Source: Myxococcota bacterium
GTDB taxonomy: Bacteria; Myxococcota_A; SURF-8
Assembly: GCA_963674735.2 (NCBI GenBank)
Contig: CAXXQS010000001.1
Coordinates: 512,001-576,000 of the forward strand
Direction of reading: 5' to 3'
DNA length: 64,000 bases
Positions 40,050 through 50,849 of this stretch are shown here, one piece after another. The notes beneath the pieces were generated by a model. That model saw nothing but the letters and a program-made list of their open reading frames with translations. It did no database searches and was not told where the DNA came from. Made by a program: the position numbers and the translations under genes. Numbering within the stretch: the first letter of the stretch is position 1; every line of letters starts with the position of its first letter.

Positions 40050-42044
40050 TTAGTGTATAAAAATCACCTCGGTTTCTTCGTTATCCGTTCCATCTTCGTT
40101 AGAACAGGCTACAGCCAAAACAGCCTCGCCGCCTCCAACATCTGGAGCCGTCCAGTTGCAGGAGATTCTGTTGCCCTCCATAACAAGCGGAGTCAATGTG
40201 CCGGCACCGTTATACGGATCATCGGGAGTAACTGCCACATAGCCGTTTTCGTATCTGACCGTAACGGTAACAGTACAGTCATCGACATCTTCAATGTTCA
40301 ATACATCGAAGGTGACCGGGTAGGTTCTACCGGCAACGCAGAAGCCTTGAGTATCAACGGATAAATTGCTCACCTCCGGTGGCAATACCTCCTCGCAAGT
40401 TTCACCGTCACCTTTGAAGCCTTCGTTGCATTCACAGCTTGCTCCCGTATCGGGAGCAGGGTTATCGATGCAGGTGGCGTTTTCATCACAGGGATTGTTT
40501 TCGGTACTGCAACCGTCGATTTCATTACACTGATAATTTCCTTCTGTGTTTTCGCAGATTTCCCCTGTCTGGCAAGGATCGTCCTCACATTCGTCGATAT
40601 CGTTACAAGAGTACCCAGTACCGGGCGCTTCAACATCTTCACATTCAAAGCCTTCCTCACATGGATCATCGGCACAGCCGTCGATATCCATGCAAGCCAC
40701 ATCGGCGTTTCCTTCAAAGCCGCTTTCACATTCACAGGAGGCTTGTTCGTTATCGACGATGCAGGAAGCATTGTCACCACAGGTCATGTCTTCACAAAGA
40801 TCTTGAGATTCAATGGTAAAAGAAAAACTCCTTTTGATCTCGCTTTCCGAAATGTCCATGCCCTCAGGCGCTATGGTTACTGTCAGATTATATGTTCCGG
40901 GTTCAAAATCAGCCATGAACTGTCCGGCGATATCAGTTTCGTCTAAATTGTAAACCGTTCCCGTATCGTCATCCTTGAACTCAACCTGCACCGAAGAAAA
41001 GTGGTTCTGATAAGCTTCACTGAATACATCATGCCCATCATCCGTGACATTCAAGTCAACCGTCAGCGTTGAACCATTGACCATTGCGGCCACATTTTCG
41101 ATTTCAGGCAGTTTGTCCCTGAAGTAGGCGATATAATCATCCTCTGTTTCTTCTCTTGCTTTATGGCTGGAACGTACCACTCGAAAATCCGTGGCCAGCG
41201 TGCCGGGCATACCTTGATGTTCAGCAAGTGTAGATGAAAGCTCAATGGGCGTGTCTGTATCGAGATCAATCGTAAAGAGAGAAAGGCTTTCCCCAGGGAA
41301 GAACAAGTCAGTGAAGTTGGCATGCAAGGTGTCATACAGCTCGCCATCTTCTTCGGTCACAACAAAGCGGATTCCGCAGGCCGTAAGCATCTCGTTGAAC
41401 TGGCTATCACAGGCTGGACGAGCCAACACACAGCCACAGCCTTCAAACTGCGTGCTTACCGAAACATTGTTGTAAACCGCATAGGGATCGCTTCCATCCA
41501 GTTCCGCTAAAGTGAAAACGGTCGGCTGTCCATCAGAACAAAGATGAGTAACCGTCAATGCATCTTCTTGGCCGAATTGAGAACAGGGAAGAGGTACTTC
41601 ATCGCCATCGTCTTCTATATCCCCATCGTCTTCCTGATCTCCGTCGGCGTCTCCATCTACAAGATCGCCATCGCCGTTCACTGTGTCTCCGTCAGTTATT
41701 TCTTCATCTCCGTCTGTTTCGGAAGTATCTCCATCAATAGCTTCCTGATCTCCATCGGGGTTTTCTCCGTCTCCATCGGTAATAGGATTGTCCCCGTCCC
41801 TGTCTCCATCCGAATAATCTGAATTACCATCACCACAAGCCGTAATCATCAATGCAGCCAATAGCACCAGTATCAGATTGCGAACCGATACGCTTAAATC
41901 AAGCCTTGGCAGGGCTTCCATAAATGCCTGAAGTTTTCCTCTGCAATTTAGGGTTTCATCCACCAATTCCATGCGACCACTTTCCGAATCCAGCGTTGCA
42001 AGCCGGTCGGCTAACCCTTTGTACTGTGTGTTTGGAAGGTTCAT
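40050..42044 (-). CDS. Lipoprotein-like surface protein with Asp/Gly-rich linker and calcium-binding EGF-like repeats
   Basis: LMITAC lipobox-like motif, DGD repeats, DIDEC...C...C...Y.C EGF repeats; start placed at ATG 42044. Confidence 0.75.
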   Translation of the reverse strand: MNLPNTQYKGLADRLATLDSESGRMELVDETLNCRGKLQAFMEALPRLDLSVSVRNLILVLLAALMITACGDGNSDYSDGDRDGDNPITDGDGENPDGDQEAIDGDTSETDGDEEITDGDTVNGDGDLVDGDADGDQEDDGDIEDDGDEVPLPCSQFGQEDALTVTHLCSDGQPTVFTLAELDGSDPYAVYNNVSVSTQFEGCGCVLARPACDSQFNEMLTACGIRFVVTEEDGELYDTLHANFTDLFFPGESLSLFTIDLDTDTPIELSSTLAEHQGMPGTLATDFRVVRSSHKAREETEDDYIAYFRDKLPEIENVAAMVNGSTLTVDLNVTDDGHDVFSEAYQNHFSSVQVEFKDDDTGTVYNLDETDIAGQFMADFEPGTYNLTVTIAPEGMDISESEIKRSFSFTIESQDLCEDMTCGDNASCIVDNEQASCECESGFEGNADVACMDIDGCADDPCEEGFECEDVEAPGTGYSCNDIDECEDDPCQTGEICENTEGNYQCNEIDGCSTENNPCDENATCIDNPAPDTGASCECNEGFKGDGETCEEVLPPEVSNLSVDTQGFCVAGRTYPVTFDVLNIEDVDDCTVTVTVRYENGYVAVTPDDPYNGAGTLTPLVMEGNRISCNWTAPDVGGGEAVLAVACSNEDGTDNEETEVIFIH

Positions 42045-42352
42045 AAGGCGTGAGATAAATACTACATTGAGTATACACTTTGTTTGTGTTTTTGTCAATA
42101 TAGCCTTGAAGCGATGCGAACCTGTTGCGGCTCTGCCGAAGCCTGTTCTGAATTGACCATTTCGATTCTCGGCAGGTTCTCTTGAAACCATCTTTATTAT
42201 ACTCCGCCAGTCGCCGAACTTTGAAAAATCGGCTTGACAGCCTGCTCAATTGTTATTGCAACTAATAACTTATTTGTTGCACTATTGATGCTGGGCGGGG
42301 TAGGAAGGATTGAAAAGGAATTCAACATTAGAGACTTAACCATGCGAGAATT

Positions 42353-43324
42353 ATGGAAACACAAAAAGCAATAGCCACATTCGCCGAACATTTGCAGACG
42401 CTGAACTACTCGGCAAGGACGATTAGAGGGTATCGGCAGGATCTTGAGCTATTTGCAAAGATCAACCATGCAATGAATCAGGAAGTGCGAAAACTCAGAC
42501 GCTCGAACGTTGAGTCCTTCCTTCGATACAGCACAGAGGCAAATCGTTCTCCATCCCCAGGATATCGGAATCGGCGGCTTTCATGCTTGCGTTCCTTCTT
42601 CTCATTCCTCAAGGATCAAACCCATATTTCGAGCAAGGATGACCCGACAAGAAAATTCAAATTTGCTCGCGTCCCGAATTCAGAACCGACACCGCTCTCC
42701 TATTCGGAATACCTCGCGATTCTTGCATCGATCAAATCAACTGCCAGCACCGTATTGCGAAGCCGGAACTGGGCAATCATCGTCACGCTATACAATACCG
42801 GTCTCCGCCTTTCGGAATTGGTCGGGCTGAATGTGGACCAGATTGACTTCGCTAATTCCCGCATTTTGCGACTCGTCCGCAAAGGTGGGAAAACGGTCGA
42901 TCTGCCTATCAACCAAAATGTCTGCAGCTGCCTCTCCGAGTGGATAGACCACAGCGATGCCAGCGCAGTAGGAGACGCTTTGTTCACAACACAGAGGAAA
43001 ACACGTATTTCGGCGCGGATGGTCGAGCGTCTTGTCGCGAAGTATGCAAAGCTCGCCGGTATTTCGCGTTCGATCACGCCTCATACCTTCCGACACTCAT
43101 ACTGTACCGAAATCCAGAAACGCGGTGTGGGGATGTATGTGGCCCAGGAATTGATGAATCACAGTAGCATCGTTACGACTCGCCGCTATAGCCACGCCAA
43201 TGAGGAAGCCATGCGAAGCGCCGTTGAATCTCTGGACGATCCGAAGCAGTGGCCGGATGCGAAAAAGAGCTTGACGAAGGTTCGTCCAATAAGTTATTGG
43301 GCGAACTTTTCAGACGCAGCCTGA
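42353..43324 (+). CDS. XerC/XerD-like tyrosine recombinase
   Basis: RNRRLSCLRSFF; TGLRLSEL; KGGK; HTFRHS; HSSIVTTRRY. Confidence 0.9.
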   Translation: METQKAIATFAEHLQTLNYSARTIRGYRQDLELFAKINHAMNQEVRKLRRSNVESFLRYSTEANRSPSPGYRNRRLSCLRSFFSFLKDQTHISSKDDPTRKFKFARVPNSEPTPLSYSEYLAILASIKSTASTVLRSRNWAIIVTLYNTGLRLSELVGLNVDQIDFANSRILRLVRKGGKTVDLPINQNVCSCLSEWIDHSDASAVGDALFTTQRKTRISARMVERLVAKYAKLAGISRSITPHTFRHSYCTEIQKRGVGMYVAQELMNHSSIVTTRRYSHANEEAMRSAVESLDDPKQWPDAKKSLTKVRPISYWANFSDAA

Positions 43325-43438
43325 TCGAAATTATGAATCTGCCAACTACATGTAATTACAATGGAAAAAAATATCGGCTTGTTTCGGTGATTGTCGATAT
43401 GGAATGTCGTCATAAATTGGGCGAACTTTTAAGTCACC

Positions 43439-43473
43439 TTGACTTCATACGTATGGATACGTATAATACGTAC
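43439..43473 (+). promoter_or_regulatory. TA operon promoter with overlapping operator repeats
   Basis: TTGACT-17 bp-TATAAT overlapped by three ATACGTA(T/C) palindromes. Confidence 0.65.
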
Positions 43474-43500
43474 AGATCGTATTCCTAATTTCATCGAGGT

Positions 43501-43737
43501 ATGTACGTGCAAAAGAAACTCACCATCAGCATCGAAGAGCAAGTCTATGAAGGGCTGTACAAGATCATCGGGAAGGGGCGGATCAGCAAATTCCTGAATG
43601 ATTTGGCCAAGCCTCACGTCGTCGAGGACGAGCTTGAAGCCGCGTATCGCGAGATGGCGGCGGATGAAGACCGAGAAGTGGAAGCCTTGGAATGGTCTGA
43701 AAACCTTATAACCGATAGTCACCATGAAACGAAGTGA
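43501..43737 (+). CDS. Antitoxin (RHH-like) of a MazF/PemK module
   Basis: KKLTISI...[15 protein letters not shown]; overlaps the toxin gene. Confidence 0.8.
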   Translation: MYVQKKLTISIEEQVYEGLYKIIGKGRISKFLNDLAKPHVVEDELEAAYREMAADEDREVEALEWSENLITDSHHETK

Positions 43738-44047
43738 AGTTTGGTGGGTTAATTTCGACCCGTCCATCGGTGGAGAAATCCGGAAAACGCGGCCTGCCGT
43801 TATCGTCAGTGTCGATGCGTCGAACAAGATACTGAACCGTGTTCAAGTGGTGCCTTTGACGAGCAATGTTTCGCGCCTGTTTCCGTGTGAAGCCTATGTT
43901 ACCGTCAAGCGAAAGCGCCATAAGGCCATGGCCGACCAGGTCGCGACCGTCAGCAAAAAGCGCCTCACCAAACATATCGGCACGCTTTCCGCCAAGGACA
44001 TGAAAGCCGTAGACGGTGCAATCAAGGTGCAGTTGGGTCTACGCTGA
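43724..44047 (+). CDS. PemK/MazF-family endoribonuclease toxin
   Basis: [21 protein letters not shown]...VVPLTS...ADQV. Confidence 0.93.
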   Translation: MKRSEVWWVNFDPSIGGEIRKTRPAVIVSVDASNKILNRVQVVPLTSNVSRLFPCEAYVTVKRKRHKAMADQVATVSKKRLTKHIGTLSAKDMKAVDGAIKVQLGLR

Positions 44048-44570
44048 ACCCTCGCGTTGACTCTTTCGCCTTCTTAATCCCGTGTTTTTTCAGATACCGC
44101 GACAGATTGGCTTCGGTTGTGCCGTAGCGACGAGCGATGAAACGTTGCGTGGAGCCGTTTGCCAGAAGCGCTTCGATTTCGGGACGATACGGATCGAGTT
44201 TGCTTTTTCCCGGTCCCTTCGGGCGTCCAAGCGGCTTTCCGGCTGCTTTGCGGGCTCGTAAGGCCCCTTTCGTGCGTTGTGAAATCAGATCCCGCTCGAT
44301 TTCGGCGGCCATCGCGAACACCATCGCCATTATCTTGCTTTGGATCGTGTCGTCGAGTTGCCAGTTGCCTTTCACCGAATGAACGTGAATGCCGCGTTGC
44401 ATGGCGATGGAAAGGATTTCCACGCATTCCAGCATGGAACGCCCCAGGCGGGAAAGTTCGGGCACGATGAGGTGATCGCCATCGAACAAATCGAAGAGAA
44501 GCCGTCCGATCTTGCGCGTTCGCCACGTGACCTTGCCGGAGACCTTCTCCTCGACCCAATCGACTCGACC
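44022..44570 (-). pseudogene. 5'-truncated small serine resolvase
   Basis: EEKVSG...ELSRLGRS...AEIERDLISQRT...LGRP and HTH present; the N-terminal catalytic YxRVS motif is missing. Confidence 0.75.
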
Positions 44571-44662
44571 AAGATTTTCTTTCGTCCACGCGCAGAAGGA
44601 CGGACGGCGGCACTTGACTGCTGCGAAGCAGGAGTTCCAGTGTTTTCGCCATGACGATGTAG

Positions 44663-44709
44663 CCGGTATTCCCCATATCAACTTCGGAAGTTGATATGGG
44701 GAATACCGG
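44663..44709. repeat. 47-bp palindrome (perfect 23-bp arms, 1-nt centre)
   Basis: CCGGTATTCCCCATATCAACTTC-G-GAAGTTGATATGGGGAATACCGG. Confidence 0.9.
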
Positions 44710-44811
44710 TTTCAAGCAGTTTTTAGAAAGTTTTTGACTTTACCTCAAGCGGTGAATACTATTCAGCATAGCTTTCGCCCCAAAATAGAGCTATCCATTT
44801 CGAGGATTTTA

Positions 44812-47109
44812 ATGATGGTTCATAAATTAAAGAGTATTAAAAATATTCGAGATGCAGCCAAACGAGGCTATGCATTTGAGAAATACATTAAAGAATTTTT
44901 CCGTGCTTCTTCTGCAGGTTCCGTTGGCGAGCAAATTGATGGTGTCGCTTCGATAAATGGGATACCATATCTCATTGAAGCTAAGGCAAAATCTAATAGG
45001 ATACGTCGCTATAGCTCTGATTGGGAAGATTTTGAATTGAAGCTTAGGAGAAGAAGAGGAACATGTCACGGCATATTTTGTAGCTTGAACCCTGTAGATG
45101 TTGGAATGATTGAAAGTGCAAAAGAATTAAACAGAAATAACATTCCGATTATAATAATGCATGATGGGATTTGGGACAAATTTCAGTTTTTTCCGATTCC
45201 AATAGACTATTTTTTAAAACTCATGGAATTGCAGATACATATAAAATATGATCCTATTCCGAATTTTGGCAGCATCAAGCGTCAGTATGTAGAGGGAATT
45301 GAGCTAGAGCTGACGAAGTTTTCAAAAAAAGCTAGCAGTCTATTTATTGGCAGACATTATCCTGAAGAATTGAAAGGTGTTTATGTCCATCGAAAAATAG
45401 ATGAGATTACAACACAATTAATACATAATCTTAAGCCAACAAGACTAATAGTACGAGGTGGTGTAAAGAAGGAAAATCGTGGACAGACTGCCCATCGTCG
45501 AGAAGCTCCAACTCAAATCTCTATAATTCGAGATATTTCTGGAGCAGGAAAAACTTCCTTTGTAGCAAACACTGCTACCACAACTAGCAATGCGATTGTA
45601 GTGTGTAGATCAGCATATGAATCCAATATTGACGACTTTTGCCATTTATTCCAAAATGCAGAGGAAGCAAGTATCCTCAATATGATTATCTGTACAGACA
45701 AACCTTTAGTATACATTATTGATGCGCTTGATGAAGCCACATGGATTCGTGGAAAAAGCAGGGAAGTTATCTCGATAGTTAAGAAAATTTCAGAACTGAA
45801 TGATATTGCATTCTCCCGACGAGACATGCCATGTTTCCCGATTGCGATCATATTCTTAATTAGAGATGAGTATTGGCGTGATTGGGAGTCCGTACTAAAG
45901 GAATACAAAACCAAAACATACATCAATCGATTTTCGAGATTTAGCAAAACAGAGTTTATAGAAGCTTTGGACAAGTATTCCTCGTATTATGGATATACTT
46001 TCAATCAAGGGATGGATGAGACCACTTTCCAGACATTGTCAATTCCTTTCTATTTATCGATATTCTCGCACACAAACAGGGGGAATATCAACATAGATCT
46101 TAACAACATATTTGAAGAATATGTTCTCAGGAGATACATTGAATGCATTTACGACAACATTCTCAACAAACGGTCTATTCCGCTGGTAAATAAGGTCATA
46201 TTGCGGAATATATTAATTAATATTGCACTGTTATGCCTAGAAGCTGACGATAATATCATATCTCATAATAACTTCAGAATCATGCTACGCGATCAACATC
46301 CCTCCCTTACTGATTACTATGAAGATATACTGAGGGCATTGTTATCCGAAGGAATTGTAATAGCACATCCAATCAGTAGAAATAGCATTAAGATTCGCCA
46401 CCAGAGAATTATTGAGTATTTGATCGCTTGTAAACTACTATACATCGCAGAAGAAAACAACAATGAGTTCATCGATCAACTGATTGAAGACGCCCTTTCC
46501 AGTCGTATCATTTCCGTCATACAAGTGCATGAATATATCAAATGTTTTGACAACAAAGAACACCAAAATGCAACAATACTGATTCTCGATATTATGACAA
46601 GTAATTTATTATTTATGAGGGAGGCCATGGCATTACTAAGATACAAGTCATCAAGAAAAAGTATTTCAAGGCAAGATGCGTATTTAGTTGAAAGATGTGC
46701 TCTAACTGAAGACAGCGAGGCAATATTTAACTCTTTTTTCGCTTTCGCTGCTAGACATAACCACTCTAAAACAGCTAAGGTAAAAGAACTATTTATCAAT
46801 GCATGGAAGAACACCAAGGAAAGATCGGATAGATGGAAAATGATATTGAAGCTTGGATATTATAAACTTCTGTGCGACGAAGATGTATTTATACTGATCT
46901 TATCATCGTCTACAAGCAAAGAACTCGAAGTCTACCTTGGAAGCATTATTGAATCGAACAACAGAGAAGAATTCTGTACCCTATGGGAACAGAGATGTGG
47001 AGAAAAGTATATTTCCGAAAAGGATAGTAACGAGTTCTATCGTGTTGCACTAAAACTCGTGGATACCATTGTAAACAAGAAACAATATATTCCTGGTGTC
47101 TGGAATTAG
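44812..47109 (+). CDS. PD-(D/E)xK restriction-endonuclease domain fused to a P-loop NTPase (putative defence protein)
   Basis: RGYAFE...EQIDG...LIEAK nuclease motif; DISGAGKT Walker A; IIDALDE Walker B; strongly AT-rich. Confidence 0.7.
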   Translation: MMVHKLKSIKNIRDAAKRGYAFEKYIKEFFRASSAGSVGEQIDGVASINGIPYLIEAKAKSNRIRRYSSDWEDFELKLRRRRGTCHGIFCSLNPVDVGMIESAKELNRNNIPIIIMHDGIWDKFQFFPIPIDYFLKLMELQIHIKYDPIPNFGSIKRQYVEGIELELTKFSKKASSLFIGRHYPEELKGVYVHRKIDEITTQLIHNLKPTRLIVRGGVKKENRGQTAHRREAPTQISIIRDISGAGKTSFVANTATTTSNAIVVCRSAYESNIDDFCHLFQNAEEASILNMIICTDKPLVYIIDALDEATWIRGKSREVISIVKKISELNDIAFSRRDMPCFPIAIIFLIRDEYWRDWESVLKEYKTKTYINRFSRFSKTEFIEALDKYSSYYGYTFNQGMDETTFQTLSIPFYLSIFSHTNRGNINIDLNNIFEEYVLRRYIECIYDNILNKRSIPLVNKVILRNILINIALLCLEADDNIISHNNFRIMLRDQHPSLTDYYEDILRALLSEGIVIAHPISRNSIKIRHQRIIEYLIACKLLYIAEENNNEFIDQLIEDALSSRIISVIQVHEYIKCFDNKEHQNATILILDIMTSNLLFMREAMALLRYKSSRKSISRQDAYLVERCALTEDSEAIFNSFFAFAARHNHSKTAKVKELFINAWKNTKERSDRWKMILKLGYYKLLCDEDVFILILSSSTSKELEVYLGSIIESNNREEFCTLWEQRCGEKYISEKDSNEFYRVALKLVDTIVNKKQYIPGVWN

Positions 47110-47372
47110 AAAGTATCGTCTAAGCATAGTTCATCACAGTGTTCTGCTAAATAGTCCTACTCAATCCAACTATCGTGTGAAGTTCGTCAAGACAGGTCCA
47201 AGCAATAAACCAATCATCATCAATTTCTAACTGATGCTATCTAAGTAACTAGCCATAAAATGACTTAATTCATTTCCATGGCTGTGAAGTATCAGCATTG
47301 GAATAAAATAGTATCTGGCCGAACCGTGCCAAATATAGTATTACACATTAATAGTTCCACTTTCCGGTGCCA

Positions 47373-49123
47373 TTAAGAAGCCTGTTTCAACTCCGTTTTC
47401 CAGTTGCGCCACACCTTCACCCACTGTTTAACCGCCTCGCACAGGGAGTTCCACCGAAATGCCAATGGCCCTACCATTTGGAATTTGCCCTCATGGAAGG
47501 ACTTGGAAAGCGCAAAGACATGCGAAAGTTTCGGAGTTCCATTTCGTAGATCGTCGAGAGTCGGCATTTCATCGAAAACCAGATTGAACAACGCCTCTCT
47601 CAGGCTCCAATCCTCGACCTTCAATAGCAGGTTTTGCGGCTTCTCAACCAGCTTTCTCGCAAATTGGATGAAATCCCGGATGTCGTTTTCCGTGAGTTCG
47701 ATTTGATTTCGCTGCTCCCGCGCATCTATGATCTCTCGCTCGATATTTTCCGCCCGTTTTTCCAACTCGCGACGCACGAGGTCGCTCTCAACGGCAAGAA
47801 TCTTCTCAATCGCGGCCAGCTTCCTAGCTTCCAACTCGGCTACATGACGGTTGATGTCCTCCGCCATTTTGACGATATCCCGCTCGCGTTGGCGGTATTT
47901 ATCCACGAGAAGGTCTTCCAATACTTCAACGAACCCTTCCCGGTATTCGAGGTGCTCAAGGAAACGCTCCAGATCGTTTTCCAGTCGGCGCTTGCTCACA
48001 CCAAAATAGCGATGACCTCGACTGCAATGGTAAAAGGGATAGCGCACCCCGCACTTTCCCTTGGAAATACTTCCCTTGAACGACCCGCCGCATTTGGGGC
48101 AACGCACGATGGATTTGTACGGGAATTCGGGATTGCAGTGCGTGTAGCTACGCTTGCGTGAATCGTTTTTTTAACATCCACGAATTCGAGGCTCCCGTCC
48201 AGCATTCGCTTGATAAAGAGCTCGCCTTCGTTAGCGCTGTTGAAGGTGTTCAAATCCACCAGCCCGTTGAATTTCGCAGGTACAGGCGCGTTGCCACTCC
48301 ACTTCTCGCAGATGACTCCGGCAAATATCGGTCGCCGAATGAAACGCTGCAATTGGCGAGGAGTCAACGGTCTCCCGCCGCTTTTCCCAATCACCCTTGC
48401 GTGCTTGCGATCCCACTTATTTTGTGTTCGCGAGCGGTACCCCATCGCATTGAGACGCTCGCAAATTTGCTTGTCCGTGTATTTTCCGGAAGCCCGCATC
48501 TGAAACATCAGCCGGATGTACTTTGCGCGTTCCGGGTCAGGGACTAGGATGGAGCGCCGTTTGCCGTCGATATAGACCTTCTTGTTCAGATAACCTTCCG
48601 GCGGTTGCCTCAGCCAATAACCCTTTTTAGTGTACTCTATTGAAGCTCCTATAGTGCGTGTAAGGATTCGGCGTACTTCGTCTTGGGCGACATCTGCTTT
48701 CAATTTCTCTGCAATCGCTGTTGGATGCATGACCGACCATTCGTACTCGAAGCCCGTATGGGCCAGCGTATTCACCGGAGGTTGGATAAGTCCAAAGATA
48801 TCAATAAGATCGACACCGTGTTGGCGCACTTCTTCCTTGAAACGCTCGTAAGCGCTCGATCCCTCACGTGTAAGACGGTCGATATCACTGAAAATGATGT
48901 AAGAGAGTTGATGCGAATGATCCGCTACGTACTGCCTCAACTCATTAAAGGCAGGCCGGTTTAGCTTGCGCCCCGAATAGTTGTCCACGAAGACCTTCTC
49001 TATACCGTACCCATTACGCTGGGCAAAGAGCCTACAGTTGCGTTCTTGTGTTTCAACGGACTCGCCGTGACGTCCCTGTTTTTGGGTCGAAACGCGACAA
49101 TAGATGATACAAGTCTTAGTCAT
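47373..49123 (-). pseudogene. Large serine recombinase split by a 1-bp frameshift at an A7 run
   Basis: IYCRVST...DRLTR catalytic domain and recombinase domain in ORF1; CPKC...YHC Zn ribbon and coiled coil in ORF2; one extra A at ~48166-48172 fuses the two. Confidence 0.75.
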
Positions 49124-49177
49124 GGGAAATCGTTATTCTCAGTGTAGTTTACCATTAATCGAGTACCGGTTTTCGTT

Positions 49178-49336
49178 TTATGCTTGCGGTTTTTCGGGTT
49201 TATGGCCTTTGTTGTTTTCTTCCAGCCACAGGTCGAAAATGATGTCGGCGATGCCATCGAGTTGGCGGTAAACCGATGGAATCTCGTCCATCGGAACACC
49301 CATTGCTTTCAGTTTGTCGTAGAGGTCTACTCTCAT
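49178..49336 (-). CDS. Small hypothetical protein upstream of the serine recombinase
   Basis: Short helical ORF (LDGIADIIFDLW), co-oriented with the recombinase. Confidence 0.4.
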   Translation of the reverse strand: MRVDLYDKLKAMGVPMDEIPSVYRQLDGIADIIFDLWLEENNKGHKPEKPQA

Positions 49337-49515
49337 CAGGGAAAGGGTTAAGTCGCGCAAGTACAAAGCGCCTCTCGTTTTAGTAAAGAGAGGGCTTGAT
49401 TAATCTATCCAGATGGAATCTAGAAATCCGGCGGGTGCAACTTGGCTTTCAATTTCATATCTTATACTGAAATGACCGTGCTCGTCCATAATTTTACTTC
49501 GAAAGGGAATTACTG

Positions 49516-50849
49516 GGGCGGGAATTTTCAAAGTGCGCTCAAGCAGCCTTTCTTATGGAATCAAAGACAGCTTTGGCAAACGTCGTCGGTCCCACCGATG
49601 ATCTCAAGGCCCGCAAAGTCGCCATGCGTTGCGCGTTTTTCTTAGACCACATCATTCCAGACAATTTCATTCGTTTTTGCAAGACCGTTTTGTGTGAGCT
49701 TTCGATAGATCCACTGCCTATAGGCCAGCCTCGCTTTAGAAACTCCCGGTAGTTCAGACGATTCCGATTCGATTCCAGATAATCCAGAAAATTCCTGAAA
49801 CTCTGTGCGCGGTGCTTGTCGATTTTCTTGCGCGGTCGATACGGGATATGCTCTTTCACAAGATCGAAAACCGCGTCTTTTTCCTTCCAGATCAACCGAT
49901 GCGTCAGGGCGTTCATGAAGCATGAAGCCGCATCGCTATCCTCACCATAGGCCTGGCTTGCCGCCGCCTCGCCATGTTCTACTACGTGATAGAAATCAAG
50001 CAGTTCGTAGGCTTTGGGACACAAGCGTTCTTTCATCTTCCAAATCCACGGGGCTCCGTCCGCAATCCAGAACACCTCCCGCTTTCTCAATCTGGCGAAG
50101 CCCGGAGACTCTCTCAACTGAGCCTCAAAGCGATCCTTGTCACCGGTATCGGCCAGATAAACACGTTCAGTTTTACCCATTGCCTGTACGCTCATCAGCT
50201 TGGTTTCATGCCAACCATCCGTATGCCGGATCATCGAACCATCGACCTGAATCATTATCGGAGAATGCTCCCGTTTCGTACCGACAGGCAATTCCAGCAC
50301 CGGACACGGGCGTTCACAATCCGCAAACGGTGCGCTCTTGCGCTCGAAAACATGCTTGAGTTTGGTAGCCGACAAACGGATTCCGTGGTGTAGTTCCAGT
50401 CGTTCGCGGGAGGCCTCGAAGGTATCGGTCACCACGAAATCCAATACCTGTTTCAAGACGTCCCGCGACAGATTGTCTTCATCGAAACCCATCTCGATAT
50501 CACGCGGATAAAAACCGTGGCCGCAACGGCAGACATGGTAATTGCGAAAGACAGCAACCTCTCCGAAGCGAGTCACAATCGTTCGCTTTACTCTGTACTT
50601 CTTTACCCACGCATCCATGCCGCACTTCGGACAGGCAACAGCCTCTGCCTTGCCCTCGGAATCCGACCACTTGCGGGAAAGCCGCCCACGTGCCTGCCGA
50701 TGATAATCCAGAAGCTCGTTGACTTCCTCATCATAGCTATCCTCGTAACCCCCACGATCCATATCGTCTGTTTTTCGCCCCATCGTGTCCTCCTTTAAAA
50801 TTCAGGCTTACACGATTGAACAAATCACGCACTAAATTAATTCCCGCCC
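49516..50849 (-). mobile_element. ISKra4-family IS with 9-bp target duplication
   Basis: IRs beginning GGGCGGGAATT at both ends; TSD GAATTACTG at 49507-49515 and 50850-50858. Confidence 0.88.
49539..50783 (-). CDS. ISKra4-family transposase
   Basis: QVDG, ADGAPWIW, LDFYH, WPIGSGSIES and RMKLSGMMW motifs. Confidence 0.88.
   Translation of the reverse strand: MGRKTDDMDRGGYEDSYDEEVNELLDYHRQARGRLSRKWSDSEGKAEAVACPKCGMDAWVKKYRVKRTIVTRFGEVAVFRNYHVCRCGHGFYPRDIEMGFDEDNLSRDVLKQVLDFVVTDTFEASRERLELHHGIRLSATKLKHVFERKSAPFADCERPCPVLELPVGTKREHSPIMIQVDGSMIRHTDGWHETKLMSVQAMGKTERVYLADTGDKDRFEAQLRESPGFARLRKREVFWIADGAPWIWKMKERLCPKAYELLDFYHVVEHGEAAASQAYGEDSDAASCFMNALTHRLIWKEKDAVFDLVKEHIPYRPRKKIDKHRAQSFRNFLDYLESNRNRLNYREFLKRGWPIGSGSIESSHKTVLQKRMKLSGMMWSKKNAQRMATLRALRSSVGPTTFAKAVFDSIRKAA

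Noticed and set aside
42353-43324. Integron integrase with cassette array
   Set aside because: Lacks the IntI-specific insertion; no repeated attC sites recognised
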